Source of the DNA: Octopus vulgaris
Lineage: Eukaryota
Assembly (NCBI GenBank): GCA_951406725.2
Contig: OX597829.1
Location: forward strand, 15,996,001 to 16,060,000
Direction of reading: 5' to 3'
Length of the DNA stretch: 64,000 bases
This document shows, piece by piece, positions 14,761-29,313 of this stretch (positions are counted from its first letter, which is position 1; each line of letters opens with the position of its first letter). The translations under genes were made by a program, and so were the position numbers. A model generated the notes under the pieces. It had not been told where the DNA came from. It ran no database searches and worked only from the letters and a program-made list of their open reading frames with translations.

Positions 14761-14793
<33 letters not shown>

Positions 14794-15055
14794 CACACAT
14801 ACATGCTTGCATACATACATATATACATACATACATACATACATGCATACATACATGCATACATACATACATACATACATACATACAAACATACATACAT
14901 ACATACATACATCATACATACATACATACATACAAACATACATACATACATACAAACATACATACATACATACATGCATACATACATAAATACGTACATA
15001 CGTTCATACATACATACACACATACACACATACACACACACACATACATACATAC

Positions 15056-15086
<31 letters not shown>

Positions 15087-15117
15087 CATACATACATACA
15101 TACAAACATACAAACAT
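14490..15117. repeat. (CATA)n mosaic microsatellite
   Basis: Seen directly. Confidence 0.97.
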
Positions 15118-15149
15118 AACATACGCTGTTGTTGTTCTTGTTCATGCTG

Positions 15150-15720
15150 TTAACTCTGATTTTGTTGGAACTCCTGGGGTTTTGCATAATGGATTTGCCA
15201 CCTGCAGCCTACAGTACCATGCTATCCGTTGTTTTAGCTATCTAATACTTTCCTGATTATTCTGGATTCCAAGGAGGTAAACCAATTGTAACAGTTCTAC
15301 TGGATACCCTGTTCCGGTTTCCTTCATGTCCCTCTTGGTGCTTTCTGGTATTGTCTCCAAGACCCTAACAATAATTTGCAACGTCTTCATTTTTCCATAG
15401 TCGGGCTATTTCGTACTTAAAGGGATTCTATACATATATATTTTTTCTCCTCCCTTCTTGGCTATTCATGGGTCAAACAGACACGCAACATCAACTATAT
15501 AGCACATGCGTCCACCTTCATTAGATCCGGTTTGGTATACTCTAGCACCTGATTTCTTTGAATTGAGAAATCTCACAGAATTTTGCAGGTCTCCAACTTC
15601 GCCACTCTCTTCGGTTTGGCCTCATACCACGTCTTGCCTCTCTCTAGACCCCACTTTTCACGTAGTTTCTAATGTTCTATTGTAGTTTTGGGCAAATGTA
15701 AGGCACTCCTTCACGTCATG
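15150..15720 (-). mobile_element. Decayed RLE-type LINE 3' fragment
   Basis: Minus strand reads KIL*DFSIQRNQVLEYTKPDL and CYIVDVACLFDP. Confidence 0.7.
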
Positions 15721-15749
15721 GCAAATGGCTTTGTCAACTCTATTATAGA

Positions 15750-16597
<848 letters not shown>

Positions 16598-16663
16598 GGT
16601 GGTGGTGGTGGTGGTGAAACTAGCAGTAGTAGCAGTAGTAGTGGTAGTAGTAGTAGTAGTTGC

Positions 16664-16708
<45 letters not shown>

Positions 16709-16712
16709 TGTT

Positions 16713-16743
<31 letters not shown>

Positions 16744-16759
16744 TAGTAGCAGCAGTGGT

Positions 16760-16824
<65 letters not shown>

Positions 16825-16877
16825 GGCTCTAACAAAGGCTGTTTTTTGTATGTAGGTATATTTATGTTTGTCTAGGG

Positions 16878-17078
16878 CAGTGCTTTTCAAACTTTTTGCT
16901 GGAGCGGAACCCCAAGGAAACATTCCACTGGCTCGAGGAACCCCTGTGCAATAATTTAATAGTCTTATGCACACATATCTGCACAGGAGAATTAACAATT
17001 ACAGCTGATTTTAGCAGTTTTGCAACTTCTTGCGGAACCCCTGGACTGTACTGGCGGAACCCTGGCTAAAAACCACTG
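16878..17078. mobile_element. hAT (Charlie-like) MITE
   Basis: Termini CAGTGCTTTT and AAAAACCACTG; 8-bp TSD GTCTAGGG/GTCTAGAG; internal GGAACCC repeats. Confidence 0.88.
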
Positions 17079-17315
17079 GTCTAGAGAGAGTAGGGAAAAA
17101 AAAGTATTTTCTGAATATTACTTGCGATGGCGTTTTTCATGCTGTGTTTAGTAAATGTGTAAACAGTGTTTGGATGATGACAGATTTTGGGTCTTGACGA
17201 AGCTTGATGCCGTTCCGCAGAAAAGAAAATAAAACATTAATAGAATGGAATAGTATGTTTCCATTCTATAATCCTATTTTATAGGCACAATCTACCATAA
17301 CAAGCCACAATATAT

Positions 17316-17605
17316 ATTTCTTTATTACCCACAAGGGGGTAAACATAGAGGGGACAAAGAAGGACAGACAAACGGATTAAGTCGATTACATCGACCACAG
17401 TGCGAGACTGGTACTTTATTTATCGACCCCGAAAGGATGAAAGGCAAAGTCGACCTCGGCGGAATTTGAACTCAGAACGTAACGACAGACGAAATACCTA
17501 TTTCTTTACTATCCACAAGGGGCCAAACACAGAGAGGACAAACAAGGACAAACGGATTAAGTCGATTATATCGACCCCAGTGCGTAACTGGTACTTAATT
17601 TATCA
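17316..17605 (-). mobile_element. Family A SINE partial dimer, 5'-truncated
   Basis: Junction GAAATAGGTATTTCGTCTG. Confidence 0.85.
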
Positions 17606-17864
17606 GCCATTAGTATAACTTTATACTTACTGGGCTGAGAACAACACAGCTAGTTTTCCATAAACGACAAAGCAGAAACACGCTGAAACGCATGCGTCCT
17701 ACAATCTAACGACGTCTATCACAGCTGAAAACAAAATGTATAATTACACAAGTCTAAATGGACAATTTTTCTACCGGATCTATTCTTGAAGTGTTAGGTC
17801 TTACCGCGTTCGAATACGATCGAACATGTTAAACATGACTCTAAACGATTACATTTTATCCAAA

Positions 17865-18098
17865 GGGGTGGCGAGCTGGCAGAAACGCTAGCATGCCGGG
17901 CGAAATGCTTAGCGGTATTTCGTCTGCCGTTACGTTCTGAGTTCGAATTCCGCCGAGGTCGACTTTGCTTTTCATCCTTTCGGGGTCGATAAATTAAGTA
18001 CCAGTTACACACTGGGGGTCGATGTAATCGACTTAATCCGTTTGTCTGTCCTTGATTGTCCTATCTGTGTTTAGCCCCTTGTGGGTAGTAAAGAAATA
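17865..18098 (+). mobile_element. Full-length family A SINE (tail A)
   Basis: 18-bp TSD GATTACATTTTATCCAAA at 17847 and 18099. Confidence 0.93.
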
Positions 18099-18659
18099 GA
18101 TTACATTTTATCCAAAAGCAACTTAGTGCAACATATTACCATCTTTAAAGTGAAGATGGCTAAAGTAAGAGAATTAAAGCGTATTTGTATATATTTCTCA
18201 ATACATAAAAAGAAAATCATTTAAATAATTCGTTTTAATTTAAATTTGAGGAGGACTGTGTGTGTGGGGGGGTTATGTATACGAAAGTCACTTCTACAGA
18301 CGAATTAATGTCTTTAAGTACAGATAATGAATAACCAAGTAAATTAATTTAAATTTCGGGAAAAGGTTTTATATGTAACAGTTATTATTATTATTTGTGT
18401 CTACGGCATTGAGTGCGCAAAAGTAAAATTCTATAATCAAATTAGTTTTATAATAAAGTTCTGCTTATCTGCTATCATTCATGTGTGTAATATTCAATGA
18501 ATAAAGTTAAAATTCTTCAAACAACTAAGTTTATATGAAAAGATTTTAAATTATGATAAGAGAGAGAAAGTGGTAAGAAAAATCCATATTGTATAAAGTA
18601 TTTAATTTGAGATACTAAGAAAGGAACTTAATGAAGCAATAAGGGAAAATGTGAAGGGC

Positions 18660-19035
18660 TAGGCACAAGGCCCGAAATTTTGGGGGAGAGGGCCAGTCGA
18701 TTAGATCAACCCAAGTACGCAACTGGTACTTAACTTATCAACCCCGAAAAAATGAAAGGCAAAATCGACCTCCGCGGAATTTGAACTCAGAACATAAAGA
18801 CAGACGAAATACCTATTTCTTTACTACTCACAAGGGCTAAGCACAGAGAGGACAAACAAACGGATTAAGTTGATTATATCGACTCCAGTGCGTAACTGGT
18901 ACTTATTTAATCGACCCCGAAAGGATGAAAGGCAAAGTCGACCTCCGCGGAATTTGAACTCAGAACGTAACGGCAGACGAAATACCGCCAAGCATTTCGC
19001 CCAAAGTGCTAACGATTCTGCCAGCTCACCGCCTT
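18660..19035 (-). mobile_element. Family A SINE dimer (tail A unit followed by tail B unit)
   Basis: Same fixed junction as the other dimers; the downstream unit carries the other tail. Confidence 0.87.
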
Positions 19036-19399
19036 ATTGCTTAAAAATAATAAGTCAATTTGCCAGTCGTGGTGGTGATTTATAAATTAGCTGAATTTAT
19101 GTTGCTGATTGAGTGTTCTTCAGGAAACTGTTAGATTACCTTGATCTGGATTGATTGATTGGTTGATTGATTGAATGGAAAAACTGAATGGAAATTGTGT
19201 GATAGTTCAGAAGTGAATTACTTTCAAAATATAATACAATAATAATATGAATTCTATTAAGATTACAAAGTTATAATCAGTTGTGAATTGTTAAGGAAGC
19301 TTGTTTAATACATATGTAGTTAAGATTTTTTCCCAAAAAGGCAACAAAAATTGATTTCTAAAGGCAAAAGATTATTAAAATTATCAATGATTCGATATT

Positions 19400-19612
19400 G
19401 ATTTCAAATTTTGGCACAAGGCCAGCAATTTTCGGGGAAGAGGTAAATAGAATACATCGATCTCAATGTTCACCTGGTACTTATTCTATTGACTCCGAAA
19501 GGACGAAAGGTGGAGTCGATCTCGGCGGAATTTGAACTCAAAATGAGAAGACGGACGAAGTGTTGTTAAGCATTTTGTCCGGCGTATTAACGATTCTGTC
19601 AGTGCGCCGCCT
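19400..19612 (-). mobile_element. Family A SINE (tail B)
   Basis: Core match. Confidence 0.8.
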
Positions 19613-19653
19613 GGACCTGATTCAATATTAGAAGTGTGTATATGTTAATAATG

Positions 19654-19940
19654 TGGAAGCGCAATGGCCCAGTGGTTAGAGCAGCGAACTCGCGGTCGTA
19701 GTATCGCGGTTTCGATTCCCAGACCGGGCGTTGTGAGTGTTTATTGAGCGAAAACACCTAAAGCTCCACAAGGCTCCGGCAGGGGATGGTGGTGATCCCT
19801 GCTGTACTCTTTCGTCACAACTTTCTCTCACTCTTTCTTCTGTTGGCCTGCTCGCTGAAGGCTAAAAAACAATGCGAAGCGCATTGTGACCAGCGATGTG
19901 TTGCAACATCTGATAGCCTGGTCGGTCACGGTGTTCACGG
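19654..19940 (+). mobile_element. tRNA-derived SINE (family C)
   Basis: Head GCGCAATGGCCCAGTGGTTAG...GGTTTCGATTCCC; homologous to 39359-39740 and 45032-45331. Confidence 0.85.
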
Positions 19941-20043
19941 TGGTATGTTAATAATATAATGGACTCTCCCGTCGAAGTCAACGTATAAGTGTTCAGATTT
20001 TGTTGATCAAGCTGCACAAATGATTGGTTTATAGTGATTAATT

Positions 20044-20590
20044 GTGAAGGCGCATGGCTCAGTGGTTAGAGCGTCGAGCTTACTACGATCGTGAGGTTGT
20101 GAGCTCGAATCCCGGACCGGGCTATATGTTGTGTTCTTGAGCAAGACACTTTATTTCACGTTGTTCCCAGTTCACTCAGTTGTAGAAATGAGTTGCGACG
20201 TCACTGGTGCCAAGCTGTATCGGCCCTTGCCTTTCCCTTGGATAACACTGGTGTCGTGGAGAGGGGAGGCCGGTATGCATGGGCGACTGCTGGTCTTCCA
20301 TAAAAACAACCTTGCCGGACTTGTACCTGGGAAGGTAACTTTCTCGGTGTAATCCCATGGTCAGTGTCGTGACCGAAGTGGGTCTCAGTGAGTAAATGTA
20401 TGTATTGTACATTAGCTCACTTTCTCTATCAAACTGACTCTCTCTCTGAACAGGTGCACAGTATTCCACACGATGTGAGATGAAGTGTTTTGCTCAAGAC
20501 CACGATACACCATACGGTGTAGAAATTGAAACCACAATCTTGCGATCGTGAGTGCAGCACCCCAACCACTAGGCCGTGCGTCTTCACCTG
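20044..20590. mobile_element. tRNA-derived SINEs (family D): one plus copy and one minus partial copy
   Basis: Head GTGAAGGCGCATGGCTCAGTGGTTAG...CGAATCCC with CTTGAGCAAGACACTT; inverted partial copy at 20460-20590. Confidence 0.8.
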
Positions 20591-21392
20591 TTACTAATAT
20601 ATAAAAGGTGTTTTTAATAAGTTGGTATCAATACAGTATATATGGGCTTAACAACAGGAAATATAGAGGTTGGTAATAATTATAAAGGTACCTTTGTAAT
20701 ATAAAAGTGCGCGGTTTAATTGTTAGATGTTCTGGACATGTCATGAATCATCATGTCGCGAGTTCAATTCCAATGTTGGGCGGCATTTTCTGTTTCTTGA
20801 AAAATTGCCTGCTCCAATGAATTCAGCTGAAAATGTGTATGTGTATATATGTGTGTGTGTGTATGTGTTCGCTTTTTCTTTTCTTCTACCTCTCTATCGA
20901 CATAAGTATCATAGAAACTAACCAGTTTCAATTAAATAATTTTTAGTTTTTGTAGTTTTTAGGTTTTATCTTTCTTAGTTCGTAATTTGAAGTTTTAATC
21001 TTTAATTTAACTTTAATTCTTAACCCTTCATCTCGCATCATTTAATGGCTATTAAGCTTGAAATATAAATTTCAAATATCTACACTAAACTATTGTCCTT
21101 TGTGACCAAGATTGGCCCTCCACCCCCACCCCCACTTTACTGAAACTTTAACGTTTGACCTCTCACCCCGTTGCAATTCTGTCATATCTCTATCATTACC
21201 TTTACTTTTATTTTATTTTTATTCTTATTTTTACCCTTTACTCTATCTTTTTATTCATTTCTCCTCTCTCTTTCTCTCTTCCGCCCTCTCTCTCTCTCTC
21301 TCTCCCCCTCTCTCTCTCTCTCTCTCTCTCTCTTCCCCCTCTCTCTCTCTTTCTCTCTTCCGCCCCCTCTCTCTCTCTCTCTTCTCCTCCTC

Positions 21393-21424
<32 letters not shown>

Positions 21425-21499
21425 ATATACACTCACTCGCAAAACCCATTTATGTCTATCTTACTTTCTCATTCTGTATACGCATTTACATTTTATCTA

Positions 21500-22069
21500 T
21501 CTCTCCAATATGAAGACATCAATCAAAATACTACCAAAATACCACCTGGATTTACCTGGAATTTTAACTAAGGACCTGTAGCTTCATGGAAGTACCGACC
21601 AACATCCATATCCTCTGGAAAAGATGATCTGCGAATATTATTCTCCCGCCTGTATTCTACCTTACTCTTCATTATTCTATTTACTCCTTTATTCTTAAAT
21701 TTTATTCCTTATTAACTGTGAATTTTTATTCCGTATAAACTGTGAATTTTTATTCCTTCTAAACTGTAAATTTTCTCTGTCTAAAATATTCATACCTTGT
21801 CTCTGATGACGGGATGCCCAGTGCACGGACAAACTGACTTGGGTTATCCTTAGTCTAATTAAATTATTCTAAATGACTTGAGATACTTGTTCTGTCTTGG
21901 TTTTGCTTTTTCCTCAAATATAATATAATATATACCTGCTATAACGGAACCCGAATACGGATCCCAAGATCCAACTTCAGCCGTGAACTTGGAGCCTAAC
22001 GGACGACCAACTACAGCACTTACTCAGAGTACCTATTAGTTTGGATCACAAATGAACTAAACCCCTCAT

Positions 22070-22075
<6 letters not shown>
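21500..22075 (+). mobile_element. Probable PLE terminal region with a partial hammerhead and a 24-bp tandem repeat
   Basis: CTGATGA at 21803 followed by a GGAT...ATCC stem but no GAAA; three ~24-bp TTTTATTCC...AACTGTGAA units at 21700-21775; abuts (TA)n. Confidence 0.4.
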
Positions 22076-22104
<29 letters not shown>

Positions 22105-22513
22105 TAGCAGCTAATCCCGGTTTCATCCCGGTCGGTTTTAATGATGTGGCTGTAAAACCTGGTCTGTGTAAGCATTCGACTTGTTTGGGCACGCTTACGT
22201 TAAAAAAAAAACAGTTTTAGAATGACTTTTTTCTGTCAAAATGCTAAAAATAACTGACCAACGAAAAAAAAAACAACCAAGATTCAACCAAATCAAAAAA
22301 TAAACCCCGAACAATGGATGCAAAACATAAAGATGCAAAACAAGAGAAACAAACATAAAAAATAAAACGAAAATCAAAAGAAATAAAAAAAATAGGTAAA
22401 AAAATCTTTTAAATTTTCAAAGGTCAAAAAACAACAACAAAAATATAAATACCTCAACCTCAAATCGAAATATTACACAAAATTTTAAAAAAACCTAAAG
22501 AAAAATAAACATA

Positions 22514-22920
22514 GGCGCAGGAGTGGCTGTGTGGTAAGTAGCTTGCTAACCAACCACATGGTTCCGGGTTCAGTCCCACTGCGTGGCATCTTGGGCAAGT
22601 GTCTTCTGCTATAGCCCCGGGCCGACCAATGCCTTGTGAGTGGATTTGGTAGACGGAAACTGAAAGAAGCCTGTCGTATATATGTAAATGTATATGTGTG
22701 TGTATGTGTGTGTGTTTGTGTGTGTGTGTTTGTCCCCCTAGCTTGACAACTGATGCCGGTGTGTTTACGTCCCCGTCACTTAGCGGTTCGGCAAAAAGAG
22801 ACCGATAGAATAAGTACTGGGCTTACAAATAAGTCCCGGGGTCGAGTTGCTCGACTAAAGGCGGTGCTCCAGCATGGCCGCAGTCAACAGACTGAAACAA
22901 GTAAAAGAGTAAAGAGAGAG
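22514..22920 (+). mobile_element. Full-length CORE-type SINE (family B)
   Basis: Head GGCGCAGGAGTGGCTGTGTGGTAAG...GGGTTCAGTCCC, CTTGGGCAAGTGTCTT, (TG)n linker, tail ending AAGTAAAAGAGTAAAGAG. Confidence 0.9.
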
Positions 22921-23344
22921 TATCTGAAACTAAAAAAACAAATAACTGAAACACTACAAAACTTCACAAAAAATCCCACTTCCATTGCGCGCGCATACGC
23001 ACACACACATACACACACAAACACACACACACATTCACATACCCCCTTTTATATACACACGCATATATTCACATAGGGTTGAAACGTACTATTTTTTCAG
23101 CGTACTATTTTCATCATCCCGCTACCAAGTATGACATCACCCCTTCCCTCCTCATTCATAAACACAAGAGTATTATTATAGTAGATTATCTCGGTAACCA
23201 TGGAAGCTATGAAAAAATACAAAGTCCAGCAACACCATCGGATCATTCTACACATCTGTGTAATTTTTCGCGCAGTTCCACCCAACCATTTGACCGTGAA
23301 TCCCAAGACAAGACAGAATCGCCCATGTCAAATTTATATCTATA

Positions 23345-23752
23345 GATATACATATATACAAACGTATATACATACATACATACATGCATGCATACATACA
23401 TACATACATACATACATACATACATACATACATACATACATGCATGCATGCATACATACATACATACATGCATGCATGCATGCATACATACATACATACA
23501 TACATACATACATACATACATACATGCATACATACATACATACATACATACATACATACATACATACATACATACATACATGCATGCATGCATGCATGCA
23601 TACATACATACATACATACATGCATGCATGCATGCATACATACATACATACATACATACATACATACATACATACATACATACATACATACATGCATGCA
23701 TGCATGCATGCATACATACATACATACATACATACATACATACATACATACA

Positions 23753-23784
<32 letters not shown>

Positions 23785-23785
23785 C
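23345..23785. repeat. (CATA)/(CATG) mosaic microsatellite
   Basis: Seen directly. Confidence 0.97.
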
Positions 23786-24105
23786 AACTGGCACTCCGTC
23801 GGTTACGACGACGAGGGTTCCAGTTGATCCATTCAACGGAACAGCCTTCTCGTGAAATTAATGTGTAAGTGGCTGAGCACTCCACAGACATGCCTACTTT
23901 TAACGTAGTTCTCAGGGATAATCAGTATGACACAGGATGTGACAAGGCTGGCGCCTTGAAATACAGGTACAACTCATTTTTTGCCAGCCGAGTGGACTGG
24001 AGCAACGTGAAATTAAGTGTCTCGCTCAAGGATACAACAGGTTGCCGGGAATTGAGCTGACGACCTTACGGACATGAGTCAAATACCCTAGCCAGTCGCC
24101 TTCAC
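23786..24105 (-). mobile_element. Family D SINE
   Basis: Matches 28530-28790 and 44790-45400. Confidence 0.78.
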
Positions 24106-24130
24106 ACACACATACATATATATATATATA

Positions 24131-24340
24131 TAACAGGAAAGTTTACGAAAATAAACAAAAGACGAAGGCAGGTGGAATACAAACAAACAAATGTATTAGT
24201 ATAGCGCTCAGGAATAGAAATAGAAAAAGTCTTTTCCGTTTCAAGCCTACGCTCTTCGACAGAAAGATACACAGAAAAAAAACAAGGAAAGAAACAAGGA
24301 GAGAAAAAATGCGTGTAGGAACTAACGATCTATCATGGCT
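24131..24340 (-). mobile_element. Short PLE-like element with variant minimal hammerhead
   Basis: Minus strand TCTTT-CTGTCGAA-GAGC-GTAG-GCTT-GAAA-CG-GA-AAAG; its 3' end abuts (TA)n. Confidence 0.7.
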
Positions 24341-24958
24341 TCCTATATATATATTTCTCTCTCTCTCCTTCTTCCTTTGTCTCTCCTCTTCTCTCTCCTC
24401 TTCTCTCTCCCTTTCTCTCTGTCTTCTCTCCCCTCCCTCTCTCTCTCACCTGGTGTCACTCGCTAAATGTACCTGTTAGTCAAAAGTGAAAGTACAAAAA
24501 TGTGTCTATATGTGCTCGCGACTAAACGGGCACCTACAATAATTAACCAAAACACGGTACATGTTACCAAACCATGGTCGCTCGCGAGTGTGGGCTGGCT
24601 GTACTTAGCTTAATTATAAGAATGTGCTCTGAAGATATCAGATGCAGATGTTGAGAAGTATCAATTAGTTAGATGTAATGGATGGCGTTTGAAGCGAACT
24701 GTGTATATCTATAGGGATTGCGAATTTAATATGGTTATCAACATGAACTCTTTAACGCAAATTGATTTTGCTGGTAGGTAATTATTAGATCAATGTTAGA
24801 TTTGGAGGAGAGAAAGGGTTTAAGGGTGAAAATAAATTAATAGTAACAGGATCGGCATGGATAGATGTTAGACAGCGCAGAATTATTGATAATTATGCGA
24901 GCTGTACCTAATTAATTATGTTTAGTATAACATATCATTAAATGATTGTGTGGTCCTT

Positions 24959-25046
<88 letters not shown>

Positions 25047-25050
25047 TACT

Positions 25051-25272
25051 AGGCAGAAACGTTAGCACGCTGGGCGAAATGCTTAACGGTATTTCGTCTG
25101 CCGTTACGTTCTGAGTTCAAATTCCGCCGAGGTCGACGTTGCCTTTCATCCTTTCAGGATCGATAAATTAAGTACCAGTTACGCACTGGGGTCGATGTAA
25201 TCGATTTAATCCCTTTCTCTGTCTGTGTTTGTCCCCTCTATATTTAACCCCTTGTGGGTAATAAAGAAATAT
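25051..25272 (+). mobile_element. Family A SINE (tail A) after (TTA)n
   Basis: Core and tail match. Confidence 0.88.
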
Positions 25273-25893
25273 GTTGTTGTTGTGTGAGTGTGCGTGGCTT
25301 AAAGATTGGGTAGTTGCCCTCATGATCGCTCCATCGTGGTTTCAATTCCTAGACAGAGTGTTGCGTTGTGTTCCTGAACAAAACACCTCATCCCACATTA
25401 TTCTGTGATCACTTCGACACCTGAGGCGTGGTACACTTGTGCACCTGTTCAGGCAACGTAGATTTGATGGAGGGAGAGTCAGCTAATGTACGGCACATGT
25501 ATTTGACCATTATCAACAAATCATTTGGGCAGGTCTTAGACGGGAGAGTCCATATATACTTCAATCTGTTTTAGGTTAGGGTTAGGGGTGGGGGAAGGGT
25601 ATCTTTTTTTTCTTCAGAAATGTAAATAAACCCAATCTGTTTCTTAAACGAGGGACATATTCTTACGGCATAGAATGTTTTCACCTGAATTAGACGTCAT
25701 TGATTGGTTGAAATTGCAGAAATTGAAGAAAAAAGAAACAACAAATACCTTACAAACTATAGAATTTTCTCAATATAGCCAAGAGAAAAAGATGTTTTAT
25801 AAGCACATTCTACCAGTATACGAAGTTTAAAAGTGTTTAGTTACGTGGAAATTATTTTTAAAAACTGCCGTTCAAACCGAAAAGATCCCAGTA

Positions 25894-25975
25894 CAGTACT
25901 GTTTCTACTTCGCGAATTTTCACCTATCGCGGGAAGTTTTGGAACGGAACACCCGCGATAGTCGAGAGATTACTG
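25894..25975. mobile_element. Small pogo/Tigger-like MITE
   Basis: TA-CAGTA...TACTG-TA termini; internal TATCGCGGG/CCCGCGATA inverted repeat. Confidence 0.65.
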
Positions 25976-26059
25976 TAGTATATTTGATAATTTATTGTGA
26001 AAATGATATGTACTAAATTCAAGAGTATGAAATAATTTTTTTTTTAAATCAGGGTTAAG

Positions 26060-26400
26060 GAGAAAATGAAAACAGTTTTATTTCCATAAGAAGTCGTTTG
26101 CAGGTTTATATATTTTGATATTCTTAAAAATATTTCTTAGTAACAACAATCTGTTAGAGGTGTTCCTGTGAGCCAACAAGGGTAGGTCGATTAACGTTTC
26201 CGTTGGAAAAGTTCATTGCATTAACCTCGTTTCCATTCATTGACTAAGCGCTTGGTGGACATGGTACCAACTGAAACTATTTTTTTCAGAAGTATAGTCA
26301 TGTCCTGTATCATAGTCGAAGGCAAGTCTTCTCTTCAGTTCGTGAATAAATGGCTGAGATCTAACTCCTGCTTATTTTGCTCTTTGAGTTTTCTGCCTGA
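26060..26400 (-). pseudogene. Decayed Helitron RepHel N-terminal fragment
   Basis: Minus strand reads LAFDYDTGHDYTS, IVSVGTMS, SNGNVNRPTL, KNIKIY and QTTSYG. These match the Helitron motifs AFxYD...DY, VxIGxM, CCxxGKVxLP and NIRxYN...QMTSFG, with frameshifts. Confidence 0.65.
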
Positions 26401-27362
26401 CGTCGTATACATTTGTGGATCTCATTGTTTGTATGATCAGGTTGTCTGACTGCATACTGTTCTACAACAAATATCAAGATCACCATTGATCTCTCAAGTT
26501 TTCTGTTAGCTGCATTCCTGGCAACATTTACTTGAAGTCTTTGTTGACACAGTTTATTTGTTTCTGTTGCCAATAGAACACACGTGGATTTGCCAGCAGA
26601 AAACGATATAGATTGAGTACATCCTTTCCTGTGGCATAATTGACGGAAACAAATTATCAAAACAAAAAATAATTATAAGCAGATGTTTTTTGTGTTTTTT
26701 TTTTCTTTTACAAATGGGAGGGAAAAAAATCTGTTATGATTAGAATGATTAGAAAAATTACAATCAAGAAGCTACACAAACGTTGATGTTGTGGAACGAA
26801 ATTATCACTGACCTTCGTCTTACAGTATTAATGAGAAATTATAAAAATGTGACTTCGAGAAATGTAAGAATGTAAACAATTCGAGTGCCAGAAAGTAGAA
26901 AACGTAAACAACGAAGTGTTTTTTGTAACATAATTTTTAATTAAATAGCATTTGATGTCGAACCTCAAAAGAGATTTTATGAGCTGTAAGTGCTGAGAGA
27001 GGTTGAAACTGTCAAAGTCAAATCGTAAAAGGGAGAAAAGAAACGGGAAATAAAAAAAGAGAACTCTCAGAGAGGTAAGTCAATTTTCAGAGAAAGTGAA
27101 AGTGAGATAAAAATAAAAAAAGAACAAGGGAAAGAGAAAGAGAAAGAGAAAAAGAGAGAGACAGACAGAGACAGAGACAGACAGACAGACAGACAGAGAA
27201 AAATACATCGTGATATCATCTATGACATCGTTCGTGACAATTAGCAGTCAGTAAAAAAAACGAAATGAAGTCGTAAGAGAGAAAGAGGGAAGGTAAAAAA
27301 GAGAAACGTGTGTGTGGGTGAATGTGTGTGTGTGTATGTGTGTGTGTGTGTGTGTGCATGCC

Positions 27363-27393
<31 letters not shown>

Positions 27394-27420
27394 TTATTTT
27401 TATAAATATATATTTATTTA

Positions 27421-27511
<91 letters not shown>

Positions 27512-27554
27512 TATATATATTTATATACATATATATATATATTAATATACATAT

Positions 27555-27589
<35 letters not shown>

Positions 27590-27923
27590 CACACACACAC
27601 ACACGCATATATATATACAAGATGGAGAATAAAAGAGATGATAAAGGAAAGAGAATGATGAGTGGGAGAACTAAAACACGGAGAGTCTGAAAGAAAGCAG
27701 CTACGGATGAACAAACGTGTTATATATAAATGAGAGGATGGGAGTACAATTGAGCATACATACAAACTTTTTTAAAATTTTGAGCGAGACAGATGTGTGG
27801 GTGAACAGAAATGTGCTTAAGGTGGCCTTTGGCGTGTATTTGAGCAACCTAGATAAATAAAGATATATCAGATACCATACAATATAAATTCTTGAGATAT
27901 TAACTATCTCCACCTCTAGAGAA

Positions 27924-28266
27924 TTTCTCTCTATATAAACGGTAAAATGTGTGTGTGTGTGTGTGTGTGTGTGTCCTTTATACAAATCCACATTCAAAAC
28001 CGTCCAAGGGTGGTCGTGCACATCTTTACATTTCCCCAGTCACCCCGCAAAGCCATTAAAAACCAATAGAAATGACTTTTTTGTGAATTTTCTATCCAAA
28101 ACCCAATCAAAATGCCCGAAACTTGATACGCCAATTGAATTTCAGCTAGCTGTATGTGATTGGTCGGAGATTTGGAGAGTATTCGCGTGTATGTGCGCAC
28201 GCACACACGCAGCTGTATATGCATGCACTAGCACTATGACCCGGCAACGCCGGGTCATAGTGCTAG
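27924..28266 (+). mobile_element. Non-autonomous Helitron, copy 2, with both termini
   Basis: 5' TCTCTCTATATAAAC; 3' perfect 20-bp hairpin at 28226-28268 ending CTAG^T. Confidence 0.85.
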
Positions 28267-28797
28267 TGTGCCATAATTGCCAAATGGAAATTAAGATCAG
28301 CTCCTTTTGAGAAGGGCAAATAATCTCAAGAGCCGAAGATCCTCCAAAGTTGATAAACCAAGAACAGTTCTGGATATGTTTCCACCTCAATAGAGACCAA
28401 TAGAATAAGTACTAGGCTTACAAAGAATAAGTGCTGCGGTCGATTTGCTCGACTAAAGGCGATGCTCCAGCATGGCCACAGTCAAATGACTGAAACAAGT
28501 AAAAGAGTAAAGAGTGAAAGAGAAAAACTGGCATTCTATCGGTTACGACGTCGAAGGTTGCAGTTGACCAACAGAACAGCCTGCTCGAGAGATTAACATG
28601 CATGTGGTTGAGAACTCCACAGACATGTGTACTCTAAATCTCAGTGAGATTCAGCGTGACACAGAATGTGACAAAGCTGACTCCTTGAAATAAAGTGTCT
28701 TGCTCAAGCACAAAACGCGCTTCCCTGGAGACAAATTCACGACCTTACGATCGTGAGTCGAATAACATAACCACTAAGCCACGCGCCTTCACGTATA

Positions 28798-28847
<50 letters not shown>

Positions 28848-28934
28848 CACACACACACACACACACAAACATACACACACAGACAAAAACATACATATAT
28901 ACATATATCTATATATCCACACATACACATATAC

Positions 28935-29240
28935 AATATACATAAAGCGAGACAGATGAGTGACAACCTGGCCACTGGTGGTGGTGTAACACACCATACT
29001 AATCATATCTGTCGGGCATCTGGAAGAGAGAGTAATTCGGCAGGAGGACTTAAACGACATGCAAAGGTACATGAGGCCCAGTTACAACTACAGCTGGCTA
29101 TTACCGGTAAAGGTTTTAGCTGCCAATTCCGTACAAGACATTGTAGATCTTTAGCTGGGCTCAAAAGTCACATTCGATCACAACACCAGTAACGGTTAAG
29201 CTTCGTGCAATGGCCATACGCGATAACGAGGGGGAAGCCA
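28935..29240 (+). mobile_element. RTE-clade LINE 3' end with two C2H2-like zinc fingers and an (ATGT)n tail
   Basis: HIC...SAGGLKRHAKVH and FSC...RHCRSLAGLKSHIRSQH, then a short 3' UTR and an (ATGT)n tract. Confidence 0.75.
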
Positions 29241-29245
29241 TAATA

Positions 29246-29281
<36 letters not shown>

Positions 29282-29313
29282 TGTATGTATGTATGTATGT
29301 ATGTATGTATGTA

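Noticed and set aside
17632-17705. GAAA-CGCATGCG-TC half-hammerhead
   Set aside because: The upstream core is CTGAGAA with wrong spacing and a poor stem I; at best a heavily decayed copy.
19654-19730. tRNA gene
   Set aside because: A and B boxes are present, but the sequence continues into a multi-copy SINE body, so it is a SINE head.
25570-25590. TTAGGG telomere-like repeats
   Set aside because: Only two to three units inside an interspersed repeat; not a telomere.
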